Shown in pieces: positions 60,201 to 64,000 of a stretch of DNA of 64,000 nt. The notes below the pieces were generated by a model that saw only the letters and a program-made list of their open reading frames with translations, made no database searches and was not told where the DNA came from. The position numbers were made by a program, and so were the translations under genes. Source of the stretch: Clostridiales bacterium (GTDB lineage: Bacteria; Bacillota; Clostridia; Acetivibrionales; RGIG10202). Numbering within the stretch: position 1 is the stretch's first letter; the number at the start of each line of letters is the position of its first letter. The stretch lies in contig JAGCXC010000028.1 of assembly GCA_017961515.1 (NCBI GenBank), forward strand, positions 6,853 through 70,852, read 5' to 3'.

Positions 60201-61769
60201 ACAGGGAAAATTGAATTGGTGTCTGAATTGATAAATAGAGGAGCTTTAGTAACAGTTAGAAATGATAAAGGTGAGAATATTTTGATGTGTGCATCTAAAA
60301 GCGGAAGGGTAGATGTAATAAATTACTTAATAAAGAAAGATATAATGCCAAATGTAAACGAGAAAACAAGATATGGAGTTACAGCATTAATGATTGCAGC
60401 ATCAAAGAGGAATAAACCAATTTGTAGGCGACTATTAGCTTTGGGAGCCAATGTAAGTTGTGTGGATAATGAAGGAAGGGATGCTTTGTTTTATGCAGCA
60501 TTAGAAGGAAGCAAAAATTTAGTCGAGTACTTTTTGAGGAAGAGAAGAAATAAATTTAAGTATGATAAAAATTATAAAACGTTGTTGATGTACGCGATAG
60601 AATCGAATAATAATAGTCTTATTTGGCACCTAATAAAAAGAAAGGAGTCTTTGGTAGCAACAGACATTGAAAAAAGGACAGTATTGATGTATGCCGCTCA
60701 AGAAGGTAATGAGAATTTAGTTAAATATTTAGTTGAAAAAGGGTTAAAAGTAAATGTTGAAGATAAAGAGCACAACACAGTATTAATGTATGCTGTTATG
60801 TCGGGGAATTTGAGTATGGCAGAGTATCTTGTGTCTAAAGGGGCCAATGTAGATGTTTGTATGGATAGGTTGCAACTAATTGATGAAGCACAAGCAAAAA
60901 CAAATGATGCATTTTTAAAATCAGTAAATGAAAATAATTTGAATTTGGTGAAGTTTTGGGTTGGTGTATGTGGTGCATGTGTCAATTATTGTAAAGGTAC
61001 AGAGACGCCATTTATTGTAGCTGTGAAATTAAATAATAATATAATATGTGACTATTTGATATATAATGGGGCAGATATTAATATGCCAGATGATAATGGA
61101 AAAAATCCATTGATGTACGCAATAGAGTCAGGTAATGAAAATATGTTTTGGTATCTTATAGATAATGATGCAGATGTAAGCGAAGTTGATGGTAATGAAA
61201 AAACGGCGCTTATGTATGCTGCAAGAGCTGGGAAACTTTCTATGGTAAAGTATTTGACTAAAATTTTGGATTTAAATCAAATAGATAAATGTGGACGAAC
61301 TGAAATAATGTATGCAGCAATGTCTAAAAATGTGGAAGTGATACAGTATCTTTTAGATAGGGGTGCTAGGGTGGATATTGTAGATAATGATGGTTATACA
61401 TTTTTCACTTATTTAGCAGATGTAGATTTAGAGGATATTGCCTATAATGAGGGTGAGCTTGAAAAAACGATAGTAAAAAAGGTATGGGATGTAAATGTAG
61501 AAGTGTTGAATAAACAGGATATATATGGCAAAACAGCACTTATTCATGCAGTGGAATCGGGGAATAAATTTATGGTAAATTTGTTGCTTAGTAAAAATGT
61601 GGATATAAGTTTGCGAGATAATACAAAGAGGACGGCAAAAGATCATGCGTATGAGCTAAGATATTTTAGTATGGTTAATTCTTTGAATAATGTGCGTGCT
61701 GTGTCATATAATACAATAGATAGAGTATATACTTGTGGAGAAGAGAAAAGTAGAGTTAAGAAATTATAA
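57240..61769 (+). CDS. Giant ankyrin-repeat protein (1509 aa)
   Basis: GTG start 7 nt after GGAGAG. An N-terminal Ser/Asp-rich region of about 110 aa has no repeats. It is followed by roughly 35-40 consecutive G(KR)T.LMYA...GN...V.YL...GA.VN units, and the protein ends EEKSRVKKL. Confidence 0.9.
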   Translation: MYKKDIRVDKSQDNKIKNELNLECYSFSSDMSFKGANKFFNLEKMSNRFSGLVSPPMSSNSASYREDFYDGSMTPESFYDSIDGESDIFTEDIEYLIDDTSFLNGVDLNDEVFIEIFLKAEEDPILCKSFVDRMGKTMLMYAAQHDVDLRGTGKDMSQKEIIEYLVNMSPDTLYYRDINDKSALTYAVASGDMRIVCCFINLMEEYINDDMKWELEQFDNMGKTLLMHAVESGNKELVKYLVEEMDANINKTDNNGKTILRYALDLKNVALLKYFIEERNADIYAVDNTGKNLLEHILDIHELDFIGQLIGINDKKYKSIILDYLTNIQNVELIMGLLDRKDRKGRNVLYYAIEKNTNIFYKIEEKCKLVNCVDYDGITLLMYAIIKGKKDIARYLKENGAYVKCADSKGKTALIYAIEKDNKEIIHILSEGKIGELNDIAYIRYAIETCDKNLLEYVVDKNDEDGKTVLMHAVEMGNVEMARYLLQRDNDVSIKDKDGKNVLMYALELKNLSVINLFKNKVDMDGRNILYYAARSKDMLQRLKKIIDIRRQDTNGNTVLTYVAEQGIDENIPWLLSHGLSFKNDNNATKFAVKLWSDAKLDRFIKNMDVDKVLMYALEFGKKNRVKYMIDKGANLNAIDEEGRTMLMYAAKAGNIEYVKKLIGIYTNAKDKTGKTAVTYAMESFNFDIASYLIDYGIEIGNITAKKETILIRAIKEKNCRIVNLLLELGANVNEFDLNGKTALMHTIEQNDRDMVECVLDSIKTSDELFQDGKTLMYAVGNGSDVVVKYLLDQGASIDEKDDRGVTAMDYLMYIISSNHSNVKNVLKQFVNKKNKYGFTVLSYMVSDAMEEESKYSYIEEIRFLLENGAFARELDFNGISLLMYAIKIEDMELVEDLVENKMLDVNHVDNFGESVIQYAVKSGDAEMFEYIIDKGAVINGDIWDMLVYAVKSPGDSKIAQYLINNYDINLNERDDDGNTILMYALETGKIELVSELINRGALVTVRNDKGENILMCASKSGRVDVINYLIKKDIMPNVNEKTRYGVTALMIAASKRNKPICRRLLALGANVSCVDNEGRDALFYAALEGSKNLVEYFLRKRRNKFKYDKNYKTLLMYAIESNNNSLIWHLIKRKESLVATDIEKRTVLMYAAQEGNENLVKYLVEKGLKVNVEDKEHNTVLMYAVMSGNLSMAEYLVSKGANVDVCMDRLQLIDEAQAKTNDAFLKSVNENNLNLVKFWVGVCGACVNYCKGTETPFIVAVKLNNNIICDYLIYNGADINMPDDNGKNPLMYAIESGNENMFWYLIDNDADVSEVDGNEKTALMYAARAGKLSMVKYLTKILDLNQIDKCGRTEIMYAAMSKNVEVIQYLLDRGARVDIVDNDGYTFFTYLADVDLEDIAYNEGELEKTIVKKVWDVNVEVLNKQDIYGKTALIHAVESGNKFMVNLLLSKNVDISLRDNTKRTAKDHAYELRYFSMVNSLNNVRAVSYNTIDRVYTCGEEKSRVKKL

Positions 61770-61907
61770 GTTTATATATATAGGTAAATTAAGCCGCTAA
61801 GCTTTAAGTAGCAAGGGCTAGATGTGTTTTTTGTGTTTAAAGTAGCATTTAGAATTAGGTAGATATGGAGTTTTAAGAAAAAAATGCTAGATTATTGAAA
61901 AAAAGTA

Positions 61908-61936
61908 TTGACAAAAAAATGTAAATAATGTATAAT
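61908..61936 (+). promoter_or_regulatory. Perfect consensus sigma-A promoter
   Basis: TTGACA (61908..61913) - 17 nt - TATAAT (61931..61936), upstream of the 59-aa ORF. Confidence 0.7.
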
Positions 61937-62017
61937 TCTCGCAGAAAGATGGTTAAAAAACCAAAATATGAAAAATATTAGGTTATTTAACCCCGAAAGA
62001 GAAAGGAGTGTTTTAAA

Positions 62018-62197
62018 ATGTTTTTAGAAAAAAAAATTAGTGAGATTTGCGGAAATGACTTGATGGATATATCAGTGGGGAATATGCCGGGAAGCCTATA
62101 TGCAGAAGAATTTGACTATATGATGCCTGTTTTTGGGGCAGTTATTCTAAAAAATATAGATATGTCAAATATAGGAAATAAAATATTGGGGAAATAA
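62018..62197 (+). CDS. Small hypothetical protein (59 aa), absent from the ORF track
   Basis: RBS AAAGGAG lies 8 nt before ATG 62018. It translates to MFLEKKISEICGNDLMDISVGNMPGSLYAEEFDYMMPVFGAVILKNIDMSNIGNKILGK and stops at TAA 62195. I recognise no family. Confidence 0.5.
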   Translation: MFLEKKISEICGNDLMDISVGNMPGSLYAEEFDYMMPVFGAVILKNIDMSNIGNKILGK

Positions 62198-62354
62198 TTA
62201 ATAGAAGATGGGAAAATAAAAACCCCAGAATTATATTAGATTGGACGTTAAGTTGCAGGATAATAAAAACATCTACTTAAAAAAGAGGTTTGTAGATGGG
62301 AATTATGACAACATATAAAGCAAGAATAAAAGAATTACATGGTGCGTTTAAATG

Positions 62355-62393
62355 AAATCAAGATTTAAGTTCTAAGAACTTAAATCTTGATTT
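62355..62393. terminator. Bidirectional terminator overlapping the 3' end of plsC
   Basis: Perfect 18-bp stem AAATCAAGATTTAAGTTC-TAA-GAACTTAAATCTTGATTT with T-runs on both sides. Confidence 0.8.
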
Positions 62394-63088
62394 TTAGATA
62401 TCATATCATATGCATTGTCTAATATCGTTTTATAGTCTGAATTATTAGTTACAGTAATCTTTGGTAAGATTTTTACTGTGACATGATTAGGCTTTATACG
62501 GTAATTATTTTTTTCAAATATTTCGGCGGTTCCAGTCATGAAAATTGGAACAACAGATACTTTTTTTTCTACTGCGAGTTTGAACGCTCCTGTTTTAAAC
62601 TTAAGTAAGTTTGAAGTTTTATTTCTAGTACCTTCAGGGAATATTATCATAGAGTATCCTTGGTCTAAATTTTCTCCGACTAGATTAAGTGATAAGACAG
62701 CTTTTCTGGCATTATCTCTATCAACAAACACGCAATTTAATTCTCGCATCCATTTGCCAATGAAAGGTATTTTTTTAATAGAGTCTTTAGACATTAGGCC
62801 ATAAGGTTTGTCAAGACTTGCTAGCAATACTGGTATATCGAAAAAACTTCTATGATTGCAAACGAAAATAACGGTTTCATTAGGTATATTTTCTAGCCCA
62901 GAAACGTCAACTGTTACACCTGAAATTTTCAATACATACTTGGCCCATTCTCTAACATAATTTGTTACTAATCTATCATGCTCACTTATATTGTTATCCA
63001 AAGACAATTTTTGTACGTGTTTAAGTCGTCCGTTTAAGGATAACAAGTAAAAGAACAGACGAACCACGCAAATGATAGTTCTAAACAC
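62372..63088 (-). CDS. plsC: 1-acyl-sn-glycerol-3-phosphate acyltransferase
   Basis: VCNHRSFFDIPV (HxxxxD) and IFPEGTR motifs. GTG start after AAGGAGG. Confidence 0.88.
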   Translation of the reverse strand: MFRTIICVVRLFFYLLSLNGRLKHVQKLSLDNNISEHDRLVTNYVREWAKYVLKISGVTVDVSGLENIPNETVIFVCNHRSFFDIPVLLASLDKPYGLMSKDSIKKIPFIGKWMRELNCVFVDRDNARKAVLSLNLVGENLDQGYSMIIFPEGTRNKTSNLLKFKTGAFKLAVEKKVSVVPIFMTGTAEIFEKNNYRIKPNHVTVKILPKITVTNNSDYKTILDNAYDMISKNQDLSS

Positions 63089-63107
63089 AAAATTTCCTCC
63101 TTACCAA

Positions 63108-64000
63108 TTAGTGTACACTATCATTATATACCAAAATGTGATTTTCTTCATCTATATTTTTTGCATTGATATAACTACACGAATCAGCAGGTAAATTCTT
63201 TTGTAGCAGAAGTTTTTCTATAATGTGTTTTACTATTGAATAAAGGACTGCAAATAGGGGTACACCAATGATCATACCAATAAAGCCCCATATTCCCCCA
63301 GCAAGCAAAAGTGCAAAAGTTACCCAAAATTCTGATACGTGAGTTGTATTTTTTAGAATTTTAGGTCCAATTATATTGCCATCGATTTGTTGCAATATAA
63401 TGATGAATAATATAAAATAGACACTTTTTTTTCCATCCACTAAAAATACTAATATAGTGCAAGGAACAGCACCAATAAGTGGCCCAAAGTAAGGTATAAT
63501 GTTAGTTATACCTATAATTACACTAAGTAGTAGTGCATATGGTATATGCATTACTAGAAGTATAGGGTAGCTTATTATTCCAACAATCAAAGAATCAATT
63601 ATTTTCCCAATCAAAAATCCACTAAAAGTTTTATGTGCGTACCTTGCAGTGTCAATTATGTAATTGGCTGATTTTATATTAAACAAAGCGTAAATAATTT
63701 TTTTCGATTGAGCGATGAATTTTTCTTTTTCCATAAATGCATATATTGCAACTATTATTCCTACAACCAAATCAAATGTGATACGAGTAACGTTCATTAT
63801 GCTTTTAGTGACGTAGGATAATATGCTATTGGACTTACTAATTAGACTATTGCTAAACCAATCTTCGAAATATAGCATAGATTTCTCTAATACTTGATAA
63901 AAAGTAGAATTTAGTTTTTTGCTTGAAGCGATTTTTTCTGATAGAGTGATTAGATATTGATCTACGAGCGAAGGTAGTTTAGGTAAAAGATCAGCTAATG
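63108..64000 (-). CDS. AI-2E family transporter (PerM/YtvI-like), 5' end outside the window
   Basis: The frame stays open upstream of the track Met at 63878 through to base 64000 (LADLLPKLPSLVDQYLITLSEKI...). Multiple TM helices and the IPYFGPLIGAVP motif. Confidence 0.8.
   Translation of the reverse strand, partial: LADLLPKLPSLVDQYLITLSEKIASSKKLNSTFYQVLEKSMLYFEDWFSNSLISKSNSILSYVTKSIMNVTRITFDLVVGIIVAIYAFMEKEKFIAQSKKIIYALFNIKSANYIIDTARYAHKTFSGFLIGKIIDSLIVGIISYPILLVMHIPYALLLSVIIGITNIIPYFGPLIGAVPCTILVFLVDGKKSVYFILFIIILQQIDGNIIGPKILKNTTHVSEFWVTFALLLAGGIWGFIGMIIGVPLFAVLYSIVKHIIEKLLLQKNLPADSCSYINAKNIDEENHILVYNDSVH

Noticed and set aside
57240-61769. The repeat array of the giant Ank gene as a DNA tandem repeat, CRISPR-like array or assembly artefact
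   Set aside because: The periodicity is at the protein level (33-aa units). The nucleotide copies have diverged, have no spacers and keep a continuous reading frame.

Overview
Low-GC, Firmicutes/Clostridia-like chromosomal segment from a spore-former (ypeB and a spoIVFB-like protease are present). All calls were made by eye from the sequence and ORF track; no searches were run. Most of the window is housekeeping: efp, groES-groEL behind a perfect CIRCE operator, queC-queD-queE, udg, mraZ-rsmH-ftsL, dnaG-sigA, a parE/parC-like type IIA topoisomerase pair, pncA-pncB, metK, rplU-prp-rpmA-obg, two tRNA-Gly, yitT, cinA, murJ, a yhaO/yhaN-like nuclease-ATPase pair, corA, a LexA-like repressor, sanA, a maltodextrin ABC operon with a GlgE-like GH13 enzyme and a short alpha-glucan phosphorylase, mazF, aroB, plsC and an AI-2E transporter. 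I saw no transposases, integrases, CRISPR arrays, rRNA or prophage genes. Three things stand out. (1) Six ankyrin-repeat loci are wedged between conserved operons: a tandem pair sharing a C-terminal domain, a nonsense-mutated copy exactly where the dcw cluster breaks off, and a 1509-aa giant. All end in Lys/Arg-rich tails. (2) A single-subunit 2-hydroxyacyl-CoA-dehydratase-like protein and its ATP-dependent activase are tightly coupled into a queCDE-udg operon that has no queF, folE or tgt nearby and no room for a preQ1 riboswitch. This is my best candidate for an undescribed system. (3) Smaller oddities: a solo MazF toxin, a LexA-like protein with Arg at the catalytic Lys position and no Ala-Gly site, an SbcC-like ATPase with a membrane hairpin in place of a hook, an unannotated 59-aa ORF behind a perfect consensus promoter, and a tRNA-Gly(UCC) with a U53:C61 mismatch.
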